Virus record (IMG/VR): IMGVR_UViG_3300045988_044010
DNA: 64,000 nucleotides
Direction: 5' to 3' (one strand)
Source: a virus
Made by a program: the position numbers and the translations under genes. This document shows, in pieces, positions 27,377 to 38,500 of this stretch. Every line of letters starts with the position of its first letter. The first letter of the stretch is position 1. The notes beneath the pieces were generated by a model. The model had not been told where the DNA came from and ran no database searches. It saw only the letters and a list, made by a program, of their open reading frames with translations.

Positions 27377-27518
27377 AGGGAAATTCAATGCTCTAAAGAA
27401 GAGAACAGGTAAAACTACAGAAGAACTTACTCATAGTAAGAACCCATTGACACGCAAGAGAGCTATCTTTGCTCAAAACTTTAGTAAAATAGCTAAGAGA
27501 AGGAAAAAGAGAAAATGA
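27285..27518 (+). CDS. small basic protein
   Basis: MIN-TAG-VEQAMIMPQYPIPNYKDGGIHIKKKNRGKFNALKKRTGKTTEELTHSKNPLTRKRAIFAQNF... The track ORF 27309 extended to the ATG at 27285 through one TAG. Confidence 0.55.
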
Positions 27519-28045
27519 TAGGAAGATATAGAAGTAAATTTAAACAATTTGACGATAACAACAACTTGCTATGTTATTCTTGTAAAAAATACAAACCATT
27601 GGATTGCTTTGATAAGAACCCAGATAAATGGTTTAGAGCAGAAAAAGATACAAGATGCAAACAATGCAAGAAAGAAGCATATATACGTAGAAAATAGTAG
27701 AATAGAGGAAAGAAAGATTTGAATAGACTACTGTATGAGAGATTTCATGGTTTAAAAGACAGATCTAAAAGAAAGAATATCGAATGCAACATAGATGAAA
27801 GTTATTTGCACGAACTATGGGAACGCTAGAACGGAATGTGCGCTTTGTCTGGAATACCTATGACATATTACTTTGATAGTGGAAGAGTTCCTACTAATTT
27901 AAGTGTAGATAGAATTGATCCTAGTCTGGGTTATATTAAAGGCAATCTATAGCTAGTGTGTATGGCTGTTAATCAAATGAAAAATGATCTTACTATAGAA
28001 TAGTTGAAATACTTTTGTAGAAGTATATTACAAAACAATAAATAA
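27515..28045 (+). CDS. HNH/His-Me-finger-type endonuclease-like protein with N-terminal zinc ribbon (5 in-frame TAG, including a tandem TAG-TAG)
   Basis: CYSCKKYK...CKQCKK, then TAG-TAG at 27698-27703, then ...CALSGIPM...LSVDRIDPSLGYIKGNL-TAG-LVCMAVNQMKNDL; TAA at 28043. Confidence 0.6.
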
Positions 28046-28063
28046 ATCTAATTATATATAATT

Positions 28064-29233
28064 ATGGAAAAAGAAACATTAAACGGTTTCGAAATCTTTG
28101 AAGATTTCATGCCAGGGGGTAATGTATTTAAAACTGAAACAAGTACTGGCAAAGAGGATACTAAAAATGATATAGACGATAGTGCTTCGGAACCTTTGAC
28201 AGACGAAGAACTGGAAAAATTACGTAAACCAGTAGAAGATAACGATGCAGATGATGACGATGATGATACTACTGAACCAGAACCTGCAAAGACTAAAAAA
28301 GGTAAGAAGGAAAAAGAAGTAACTGAACCTGATACTAAGAAAGAAGAAGATACAGATGATGATGACGATGATGCAGATGCTGATGATACTACAGATAATA
28401 ACACAGTAACTACATTCTTTGAAGCTATATCTGAAAAGATGGGTTGGGAATTAGGTGAAGATGATGAAGTTCCTTCTACTCCGGAAGAACTTGTTGATTA
28501 TTTTCAAGCAGTAATAGAAGAGAATTCAGTACCACAGTATGCAAGTGAAGAAGTTGAAGCTTTGGATAACTTTGTTAAAAATGGTGGAAATCTTAGAGAT
28601 TACTTTGAAATTGAAGGTGAACTTGATCTTAATGAAATCAGTATTGAAGATGACGAAGTTAATCAGAAGTTAGTATTGAAAGAGTTCTTGAAAGAGAAAG
28701 GTTTTAGTACTAAACAAATAGATAAGAAATTAACTAAGTATGAAGATGCTGGGTTACTTGAAGATGAAGCAGAAGATGCTTTAGAAGCTCTTAAAGAGAT
28801 TAAAGAGCAAAAGAAACAACAGCTATTGAAAGATCAAGAAAACCAAGCTAAGGCAGCTGCAAAGCGTCAACAGGAATACTTCTAGAACGTTGTCACTGAA
28901 ATAAAAGGCATGGATAATATTCGTGGTATTAAGATACCTGAAAAAGATAAACAGGTATTACTTGAATATATATTTAAGCCTGACGCTGATGGTATGACAA
29001 AATTCCAAAAGGATTGGTCTAAAAGCGTAAAGAACTTACTTGAGTCTGCTTACTTTACTATGAAGGGAGACACACTATTGAAGGCTGCTAAGAGCGAAGG
29101 TTCCACCAAAGCTATTAACAAATTTAAAGAAAGTCTAAATAGAACTGGAGTAAGTAGAAAGACTAAAAAACAAGAGATCTCGAATGATACTGATATCTGG
29201 AGTTCTGCTGCACGAATGCTACGTGCAAATTAA
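28064..29233 (+). CDS. acidic protein upstream of the capsid gene (scaffold-like; function inferred only from position and composition)
   Basis: Track ORFs 28064 and 28910 are in one frame, joined by one TAG. Contains long D/E/K-rich tracts. Confidence 0.6.
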
Positions 29234-29267
29234 TAATAACTAATTAAATTAAAATTACTAGTATTTT

Positions 29268-30737
29268 ATGGATAATAATATTCTAAATAACTTAGTTTTA
29301 TACAAAGGTAAATGGTTTTCAGACTTGATTGACACTGCTAAGATCAGTGCAGCTTCACAATAGAATCCATATCAGGTTGCTACCGTATTGTCTTATGTAT
29401 TTGGTACTAAGGATAACGGTTACCAGACTTCTCTGGATATGCTCACTGGCGGTCTTGGTAATGTAATGACCATTGATCAGCCAAGCTGGGAATGGAGCGT
29501 AATGATTGATGCTGATAGAGCTGTAACAATTAGAGACGCAAAATGGAATGGTGCTGCTATTACTGATGATTCTACAGCTGGTTTGGGTAATACTCCTATC
29601 CTGTTGTGGTTGGAAGATAACTGGTTTGGACCTACTGCTATTCTGGAATTTGATAATAAAGATTTCCAAGTACGCGTATCAGGTGCACCTTATCAGGATG
29701 GTAACCTTTGGGTATACACTTGCTTTGTAGCAGATGGTAACCCTACATCTTATATTCCTGCTGAATATCTGAAAGCTGGATGTCAGGTATCTCGTCTTGC
29801 TTCTGCTGTAGAGGAATACAGTGAAGAAGGTGATATCCTGAACTATAATACTCATTTCAAAATGCGTAATTATCTGACGACAATTCGTATTAACTATGAT
29901 ATTACTGGTTCAGCATATTCAACAGTAATGGCAATAGCTCTGCAAGATCCTAAAACAGGTAAGAAATCATATCTGTGGGCAGACTATCAGGAATGGGTTG
30001 CAATGAGAGAATGGTATAAGAGATGTGAAAGAATGCTGGTTTACATGAAAAACAATGTAAACAAAGATGGTTCTTGTAACTTGAAAGGTACTAACGGTCG
30101 TCCAGTATTTATTGGTGCTGGTCTGTTGGAACAGATTGCTCCATCTAATAGACGTTTCTATACTAGACTGAGTGCAGAACTGTTGGAAGACTTCTTGTTC
30201 GACCTGTCTTACAATGTACTTGGTACTAACGAACGTAAGTTTATTGCCTTGACTGGTGAAATGGGTATGAGAGAATTTGATAGAGTATTGAAAGAAAAGA
30301 TGATCAATATGAATCTGATTGATACAGTATTTGTAACAGGTTCTGGTGATAGTCTTACTTTTGGTGGTCAGTTCAAGACTTACAAGATGACTAACGGTAT
30401 CGAACTTACTCTGAAGTATTTCCCATTGTATGATGATACTACTTACAACCGTATGTTGCATCCGATCACACTGAAACCTCTGGAATCATATCGTATGACA
30501 TTCCTTGATCTGGGTAGACGTGATGGTGAAGCTAACATCGTAAAAGTAGTTCGTAAAGACCGTGAATTTGTAACTTGGTACACTGGTGGTGCTGTTGCTC
30601 CAACTGGTTATGCTAACTCAAAGAGTACTCTTAGATCTAATGGTAAGGACGGTTATACTGTATTCTTCCTTGGTGAAATGGGTATTATGCTCCGCGACCC
30701 CAGAGCATGCGGAGAATTGATCATGGAGGCAGAATAA
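29268..30737 (+). CDS. probable major capsid protein (489 codons, 1 in-frame TAG)
   Basis: ATG at 29268 is in frame with track ORF 29388, through a TAG at about 29361. Strongly biased codon usage (ctg/cgt/ggt/gaa). Lies in the head module. Confidence 0.65.
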
Positions 30738-30811
30738 TTTCGCCGCGATTGAGGAACCTTAATTAAAATATTCCGTTATAGTAGTATGTGAAATTAAAAA
30801 AACATACTACT

Positions 30812-31417
30812 ATGATTGGAAATATTTATAAAATTACAGATACAACAAACAATAAGGTTTATATAGGTCAAACTAAAAGGGATATAATGAGAAGATATTC
30901 CGATCACATATCTCATGCATTTGTATCCAAACGCCCCAATGATTTATCTTGTGTACTCTATATAGCAATGAGGGAGCATGGAATTCAAAATTTCATACCA
31001 GAGTTAATAGAAACTATAGAAGGTAATCCTAAAGAAATAGATAAGAGAGAAAGATATTGGATATCTTATTATGACTCTACTAACCCTGATAAAGGTTACA
31101 ATAAGGATAAAGGTGGACACATTATATCAGAAGCATGTAGAAAAGCTGCAGAAAAACATCTATTTAAAGCTGGAGACAAGTTAACTGGTAAGATGTTAGA
31201 GATAGCTAGAGAAAATGGAATGAAAGTAGCAAAATCTGTATGTCAGATAAACAAGCATACTGGAGAAATAATTGCTGAGTTTCCTTCCATTATAGAAGCT
31301 AGTAGATCTACAGGATGTGATAGAAGATCAATACAAAGACAATTGAAAGGAGAATATGGCAAATTAACACCTAGATCTTTCTCAAACCTTAAGTATATCT
31401 GGAGATACAAAGAATAA
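30812..31417 (+). CDS. GIY-YIG homing endonuclease (TAG-free)
   Basis: GNIYKITDTTNNKVYIGQT...RRYSDH...RERYWISYY matches the GIY-YIG motif order. C-terminal repeats resemble DNA-binding modules. Confidence 0.8.
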   Translation: MIGNIYKITDTTNNKVYIGQTKRDIMRRYSDHISHAFVSKRPNDLSCVLYIAMREHGIQNFIPELIETIEGNPKEIDKRERYWISYYDSTNPDKGYNKDKGGHIISEACRKAAEKHLFKAGDKLTGKMLEIARENGMKVAKSVCQINKHTGEIIAEFPSIIEASRSTGCDRRSIQRQLKGEYGKLTPRSFSNLKYIWRYKE

Positions 31418-31445
31418 CTAACTGAACAATCTAATTAAAAATATT

Positions 31446-32198
31446 ATGGAAGTAATCGTTAGAATAATTAAAACAAACCCATGGACGGGGCTTACAAAAT
31501 GGTCCACATGTTATGACTATGTTAGTTCATACTGGACTAGATCTGGTAACATTTATACTGGATTAACTGCAGAGGATGCAGAAAGATTAGAAAAAGAAAT
31601 TGGTTTCGAACAAGGTAAGCTAGCTCCCAATAGTACATTTTGGGATACTTTTGCTGTTAAGATTGGCAAAAAGGATGTTATACTAGATACTGATAGACCT
31701 GAAGACGAACTAAAATATTTGTTCCTTAAAGGACATAAGAGAGTGGCAAACGGACTGAATAAGATCACACCAGCTACTGATTATGTAATGATTAATAGGG
31801 ACAGTGAAGCTGAAGAAGCTAACAAGATCAATAAGATCAAACGTGAAGCATATAGAGAAATGGATAAGATGTCTATTGAAGATATGCGTAAATGTCTTAG
31901 ACTTTATGGTATTAAATCTGATACTATGTCAAATGAGTTGATTGAAGCTAAGCTGACAGAACAGATTGAAGAATCACCAAAGAAGTTTATCATGAAATGG
32001 GTAGAAAACCCAAACAAAGAAATTAACTTTGTGATTGAAGAAGCTATTGCTAAGAATATCATTAGAAAGAATAGAGCTCAATATTACTTTGGTACAGACC
32101 TTATTGGTAATGGTTTGGAAGACGTAATTGCTTATTTAAAGGATAAGAAGAATAATGATATCAAGATGGCTATTTTAAATGAAATCAAGTCCAAGTAA
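31446..32198 (+). CDS. hypothetical protein
   Basis: ORF track; no TAG. Confidence 0.65.
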   Translation: MEVIVRIIKTNPWTGLTKWSTCYDYVSSYWTRSGNIYTGLTAEDAERLEKEIGFEQGKLAPNSTFWDTFAVKIGKKDVILDTDRPEDELKYLFLKGHKRVANGLNKITPATDYVMINRDSEAEEANKINKIKREAYREMDKMSIEDMRKCLRLYGIKSDTMSNELIEAKLTEQIEESPKKFIMKWVENPNKEINFVIEEAIAKNIIRKNRAQYYFGTDLIGNGLEDVIAYLKDKKNNDIKMAILNEIKSK

Positions 32199-32896
32199 TG
32201 AATAACCGTACTGCACATATTTAGTTTAAAGTTATCCTAGATAAGAATGCTCAGGGAGTTGCCTATGGTGGCTCACCTGCATTCTTACCTGAGGAAATAG
32301 ATATCTTTCTTAATTAGGCTCAAAATGAGATAATTAGTAATAAGATAAGTGGGAACAATGTATTAAGACAGGGTTTCGAAGGATCTCTCCAAAGTATATC
32401 TGAACTGGATGCTTTAGTACGTACTGATGAGAACATCTTTGCTAACAATTCTATGTATAATGAATTCGTAATAGATGATATACATGATGGTGGTAGAAGA
32501 GTAACTATATTATCTGCAGTAATTATGTTTAAAGGTTCATCTACTAATTGCTTAATAGTAGACCATGAGAATGCGAACCTATTTAAACAAACATACAACA
32601 ATATACCTTGGGTTGAAGTACCTGTAGCTACATTAGAGGATAATAGAATGAAAATCTATGTAGATCCTGTAATGCAGATATCAGATAGTTTTAAACCATC
32701 AAGCAATAAGTATGCAGTTAATATTACTTATATAAAGAGACCTAAACAGTTTGATTACACACAGTTAGACGAAGAATTAGATCTACCTGAAGATGTAATG
32801 AATGAAGTTATCAATAGAGCTGTAGTAATAGCATTGGAAAATATTGAATCACCAAGAACATCTACTAAATTACAGTTAAACCAATTATCTGAATAA
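32198..32896 (+). CDS. virion structural protein (function unassigned)
   Basis: ATG at 32198 (TAATG overlap) is in frame with track ORF 32453, through 2 TAGs. Confidence 0.6.
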
Positions 32897-32897
32897 T

Positions 32898-33563
32898 ATG
32901 ACTGAAAGACAATTCCAAATAGCATTTGAAAGATAGTTGAATAATATTATACCGGGTTATAATATTATGAGTAAGTTAAACTCAGACACTATATTCTACT
33001 ATATAAATAGAGCTAAAGACGAATATGTTAAACAGTTATACAGAGCGTTTTAGCTTAATCAAGAATTGTCTGATAAGTTACGTACTCTAGTAAAGACAGA
33101 TAAATATACTAGTTTTGATTTTAAAAAAGTAAATAATAGGTGGTCTACTAATTATCCTGATAATTACTTATATACTTTAGGCGAATAGGTAAGCATCAAT
33201 ATATATAATGATAGATGTCCGCAATTGGCTTCTAAATCTACAGATGTTATTGAAGCTACTATTGAAACAGTTGATAGAATATTAAGTAACAGCTTATCAG
33301 AATATCATTTACACCACAATCAAGCTAGACCAGTTAGATTATATACAGACGGTAATATCGTGTTGATAACTGATGGAAACTATGGTATAGATGAATATCA
33401 GTTAACTTACTTAAGAAGTGCTAAAGACCTAGGTAATAATCTAACGGAAGAGTACACTGAAATGCCAGTTGATACTCACCAAGAAATTATAGATGCAGCA
33501 GTAATGATGTATATACAGCAAGCTGCTTCTATGCAATAGTCAGGTAAATCTGACAAAGACTAA
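32898..33563 (+). CDS. virion structural protein (function unassigned)
   Basis: ATG at 32898 is in frame with track ORF 33225; 4 TAGs; TAA at 33561. Confidence 0.6.
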
Positions 33564-33662
33564 TGCGTTCATTGACGTGGAAATCTGAAATAAGGAAAGT
33601 AGAAGATGAACTAAGTTTACATGAGCGCGCATTTATGTTAAACTAAAAATAAAATTTAAATT

Positions 33663-34643
33663 ATGTTACAACACGTAGATATCGTATTGATCGGTAAAAA
33701 TATCCCTGCATCATATACTACTGCTGATGCTTTAGCTGTAGGTGATGTTGCTTTGTTCGACCAGAATAGAGCTATCTTAAAAACTGCTGCTGAAGCTGCT
33801 AACGCTACTTCATTGTATGTAGGTGTAGCTCAGAACAAAGTTAATGTAACTATGCCTGATGGTACAGTTGCTCAGAAAGCTAATATCAAATTTGGTAATG
33901 AAATCAAGAAAGATTCAAAACCTAGTGCTGTTATTGGTGAATATGTTGCTCCGGTTCAGGATAAAATTACTATTACTTTGACTGATGCAACTATCGTAGC
34001 TGGTCACAGATACGTTCTGAGAATGGTTTACAAAGATATGTATGAAGCTCCGGGTCAGTTTACTCATACTTATGAAGTATATGCTGCTAGCACAGATGCT
34101 TCTGCTTTAGCTGCTGCTATTGTTAAGAAGATCAACAAACACGCAAATCGTAGAATTAATGCTACAGTTTCTGGTGCTGTTATCACTTTGACTGCAATGG
34201 AAAAAGATGATAATGAAGGAGTTTACTCACTGTCTGAATATTCTACAGTAAGCATGGAAGCTAGTCTGTATGTTACTATTCCGGGAGCTATCCTTAGCAA
34301 CTACCCTGAAGCTATTCCGGGAGCTACTATCAATAAAGTTGAAGGTACTCCGGGTAAGGGTTACTGGAAACAAGTAAGAGATACTGAAGTACGTTTCATG
34401 GGTTACCAAGGACATGTATTTACAGGTGCTTATCCTATTGTAGAACAGCCTAGAATGGTAGAAGAAGGTGCAGAATACAACTACATCACTATCGAAAATG
34501 ACAATAAATATCTTAGTAATGATAACCAGTATATCAAGACTACTCCTCTGACAACTGAGGTTTATGTTAAGAAAGCTGAAGGTTTCACAAATTCAATCGT
34601 TGCTAAAGGTATCGAAGCTTTCATCTCAGGAGAAGCTGCTTAA
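33663..34643 (+). CDS. abundant virion protein (possible auxiliary capsid or decoration protein)
   Basis: ORF track; no TAG; MCP-like codon bias. Has its own 100-nt upstream spacer and a strong downstream terminator. Confidence 0.65.
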   Translation: MLQHVDIVLIGKNIPASYTTADALAVGDVALFDQNRAILKTAAEAANATSLYVGVAQNKVNVTMPDGTVAQKANIKFGNEIKKDSKPSAVIGEYVAPVQDKITITLTDATIVAGHRYVLRMVYKDMYEAPGQFTHTYEVYAASTDASALAAAIVKKINKHANRRINATVSGAVITLTAMEKDDNEGVYSLSEYSTVSMEASLYVTIPGAILSNYPEAIPGATINKVEGTPGKGYWKQVRDTEVRFMGYQGHVFTGAYPIVEQPRMVEEGAEYNYITIENDNKYLSNDNQYIKTTPLTTEVYVKKAEGFTNSIVAKGIEAFISGEAA

Positions 34644-34667
34644 TCGAATTAATTCAATCAATTATGA

Positions 34668-34707
34668 AGTGGGGCTGGTGGAGTATATCTCCCCGCTCCA
34701 CTTTTTT
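34668..34707 (+). terminator. rho-independent terminator
   Basis: GC-rich imperfect hairpin AGTGGGGCTGGTGGAG...CTCCCCGCTCCACT followed by TTTTTT. Confidence 0.7.
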
Positions 34708-34718
34708 ATTTTAATATT

Positions 34719-35336
34719 ATGAATAAAATATTTAATGTAACCATAAAGGATAATCTAATGGTATTCAGTGTGTATACTAATATATCTATAGTAAATACTA
34801 ATGATATAGTATTATACATTGACGAATGCCATAATATAGGTAATATATATTGCGAGAATCCAGACAATCATGATTACGTGTTGAACTATAATAACGCTAG
34901 GATATCTTATAAAGAGATTGTACGTGAAGGCGAAGAGAAGGAAGTAACAACTATATATGCATATGAAATAACAGTTGAATCTGATGTATTAACAGAGTTT
35001 GATACTAATATGAAGTATATTAAGATGTTTGTTACTACTGAGTATTACGCTAATGACTATGTAGATGGTATATACTATGATCCTAATATTCTGTACAATG
35101 CAGAAATAAAGATGCTGCGTAAATATTGTCAGACGTGTTTGGATGATAGACAGATGTAGCTTCTAATGTTAATAGTGTTTAAGAGACAATTACTAGAATA
35201 GGCTATTGCTACTGCGCATAATAAGGAAGCACTATAGTTTTACTTGGATTTATGCAAATTGTTGAACGTTAATATTAATACTAAAACTGTTAACACAGGA
35301 TGTAAAACATGTGTTAATGGAGTATGTAAATTGTGA
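34719..35336 (+). CDS. hypothetical protein with Cys-rich C-terminal module
   Basis: Track ORF extended through 3 TAGs to the TGA at 35334. C-terminus: ...DRQM-TAG-LLML...TGCKTCVNGVCKL. Confidence 0.6.
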
Positions 35337-35340
35337 GAAT

Positions 35341-35553
35341 ATGTGCACATGTGATGAATTAAAATAGTTCCTATATATTGCGTTAGACTATCATGGCAAT
35401 ATTGTAGTGATATCAGATTATGCTAAGTATCCCAATGCATTTGTGGATTCTAAGGATAATCAAATTACTTTTGATGCACCAGATGTTAAAGACTTTATTA
35501 AACCAGAAACAGAATTAATTTTTTAGAATGGAATATACGAAATTATTAGGTAA
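35341..35553 (+). CDS. possible small protein (2 in-frame TAG)
   Basis: Hand-translated MCTCDELK-TAG-FLYIALDYHGNIVVISDYAKYPNAF... Overlaps the fibre gene start by 26 nt. Confidence 0.4.
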
Positions 35554-38500
35554 AGTTACACTTACATGTGACGGTAAACATGATTCTTCTAAATAGTATG
35601 ATAGACTTTGTTTGGTCTATGATAACGATTATAAGTCTTTTATATCTATAAAGGAAGTACCTGTTAATATTAGCATTACCAATAAAGCATATTGGCAACC
35701 AGTAAGTGCAATATCAGCAGATGGTGAAGACATAATGGTTGATTATGATTTCAACCTTAAGTTTGCAGATAAAGAATATGTACCAAATCAGTTTAGCGGT
35801 TTGGGTAGAAAGATATTGCGTAAACGTATTGTTAACAATGTTAATTTACTTCAGTAGTCAGATATAAATAGAGCTGGTACTATTTATAGAATATAGTATG
35901 ATTATAATCTGCAAGGTCAAACAATATAGATGCCAGCTAACTGTGTATTGTTCTTTGATGGAGGTAGTATATCTAATGGTAGTATTATACTGAATAATAC
36001 TTTAGTATTACCGCAGTGTTTAGACATTGCTAAGAATATTAAATGTAATATTAGTGGTACTTATCAAAATGGTCAGATATACTATGATTCTACTTAGGAT
36101 AAACTCATGGCAGTAATAGGTCATAAGTTAGTAGACTTATCAGAGAAAGGATCAGGTAGTGGTGCTGTAAGTAATTATACTTGGATTAGATACGCTAATA
36201 ACTCTAGTGGTCTTAATATGACTATGCAGCCTCAACCAGATACTACTCATATAGGTATTGCTGAGAATCAAGCTGTAGAAACTCCTAGTTCAAATCCTGT
36301 AGATTATACTTGGATACTATTCAAAGGACCACAAGGAGAACAAGGTAAACAAGGAGAAAGAGGTATACAAGGACCTCCGGGAGAGAAAGGTGATCCGGGT
36401 AAAGATGGTGTTGACGGTCAACCGGGAGAATCAATTAAACCAAATTGGAATACATGGGTATTCAAACAATCAGAACTACAACCAAGTAAACCAAACTTCT
36501 TTGTACCTACTCCGGGAGCAGCAGGTATTGACGGTTGGTTTGATGGTCCGGGATCTACTGGTAGATGGTGGATGTCAATGGGTTTGGTAGATGGTAGTAC
36601 AGACACAGTGGCTACTTGGACGGATCCAGTACAATGTACAGGTGAAGACGGTAAGACTAATAGTTATATGGACTTCAAGTATGCTAAAAGTGCTGCTGAG
36701 ACTATTCCACCTCCATTAGATAGAACTGTGAGATTCCCAGAAGGATGGACAGATGAACCACCAACATTGATCAAAGGTGAATTCATGTGGATGATTAATG
36801 CGTTAATCGACGAAAATGGTGATCTTGTTGATAAATGGGTAGGTCCTATTAGAATTACAGGTGAATCAGGTCCTCAAGGAGAACCGGGAGAAGGATTACC
36901 CGGAGTATCTTACAAGACTGTGTTTGCATATAAATCTAGTGAAGAAGAACCTGAGAAACCAGTAGGCGGATCATGGGACTCTGAAACTAACGAGGTAGTA
37001 TACCCAGAAGGATGGCAAGGCAATGATCAGAAACTGACTCCTCCAATATGGATGTCAGATAGAACATTTACTTCTAATCCTGATATAGTAGAGGATTGGT
37101 CTACTCCAATTAAGATATCTGGTGCTGATGGTAAGCCGGGTGAAGATGGAAAAGCTGATGAATTTATCTATATACGTACTGCAACAGCTGGTGATTTAGA
37201 TAGACCTGATACTCCGCCTAGTGAACAAGTTGATGATTATGTACCTACAGAGTTAGGTTGGACTGATAATCCTAGAGGTGTAACAACTAATTATCAGGGA
37301 GAATGGGTTAGTACTAGAAGTAAGAGAAACGGTAAATGGAGTGTATTTAGTCAACCTGCCTTATGGTCTAAATGGGGAGAAAATGGTTAGGATGGAGATG
37401 GTATATAGTATATATTCTTTAGAACTGGAACAAATAATGATCCAGATAATCCTACTCCAAATAATACTAACTCTGATGCATATCAAGAAACAGGTGACTT
37501 CGAAGGAATAGAATATATTCCTGGAGGTGGTTGGTCTGATAATCCTCAAGGAGTAACTAAAGAACTTCCATACGAATGGGTATGTCAAAGAAAGTTCAGA
37601 GGAGGTAGATGGAGAGCATATACTGGACCATCATTGTGGGCTAAGTATGGTAAAGATGGTCTTGACGGTTTAGGTAGTATTGTATTAGACTTAGATAATG
37701 AAATACAGTCTGTAGCCACAGATAGCTTAGGAAATGTAATTAGTGGATTACCACTAAAGACAACCCTAAGTATGTACTATGGAACTGTGCAATTAAATCT
37801 AAGTTCATTAACTGTACGTCCTCCAGAGGGAGTTGTAGCAACAGCTGATAGACAAACAGGAGTTATTACTGTTACTTCTATTGCTAATACTACAGATACC
37901 ACAATACGTATACCTATTGATGCTAGTACAGTATATAACAATGAGTTAATGGAACGTACTACGTACCTTACTATTAACAAAATCAGACCCGGTGCAGATG
38001 GAGAAGATGCTATACTATATTCACTGATGCCTAGTGTAGATGCTATTCATGTAGATAAAAAAGGTGTATCAGACGTAACATTCATTAGTTGTGGTATTAA
38101 GAAGACTCAAGGTACTAATACTATAGAACTATCTCAATTACCTAATGGATATGCTTTTAAATACGTAATTGATGAAGACCTAGCTGAAAATTATACCATA
38201 GATCAAAATATATCTACTGCATCTATTAAGAAGAAAATAATCTTCATGCTTACTAATGGTGGTCAGTTAGTAGATAAAGAGACTATCTATAAGATTAGTG
38301 ATGGTAAAGATGGAGTAGATGGTGTAGGTGGTTTAGTTACAGACTTTGATAATGATATGATTGCTGTAGCTTGTGACTCTGAAGGTAATGTAGTAAGTGG
38401 TTTACCAGTAACATCTACAGTAAGTATGTATTATGGCACTACTAAATTAACTCTATATGAAAATCCTACACTAGGAGAAGTAACCGGAGTAACAGCTACA

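Noticed and set aside
30738-31445. Group I intron splitting the capsid gene, with the GIY-YIG gene inside it
   Set aside because: The capsid ORF ends in TAA at a plausible full length (489 codons). The ORF after the endonuclease does not continue a capsid-like sequence, and no intron core helices were recognised.
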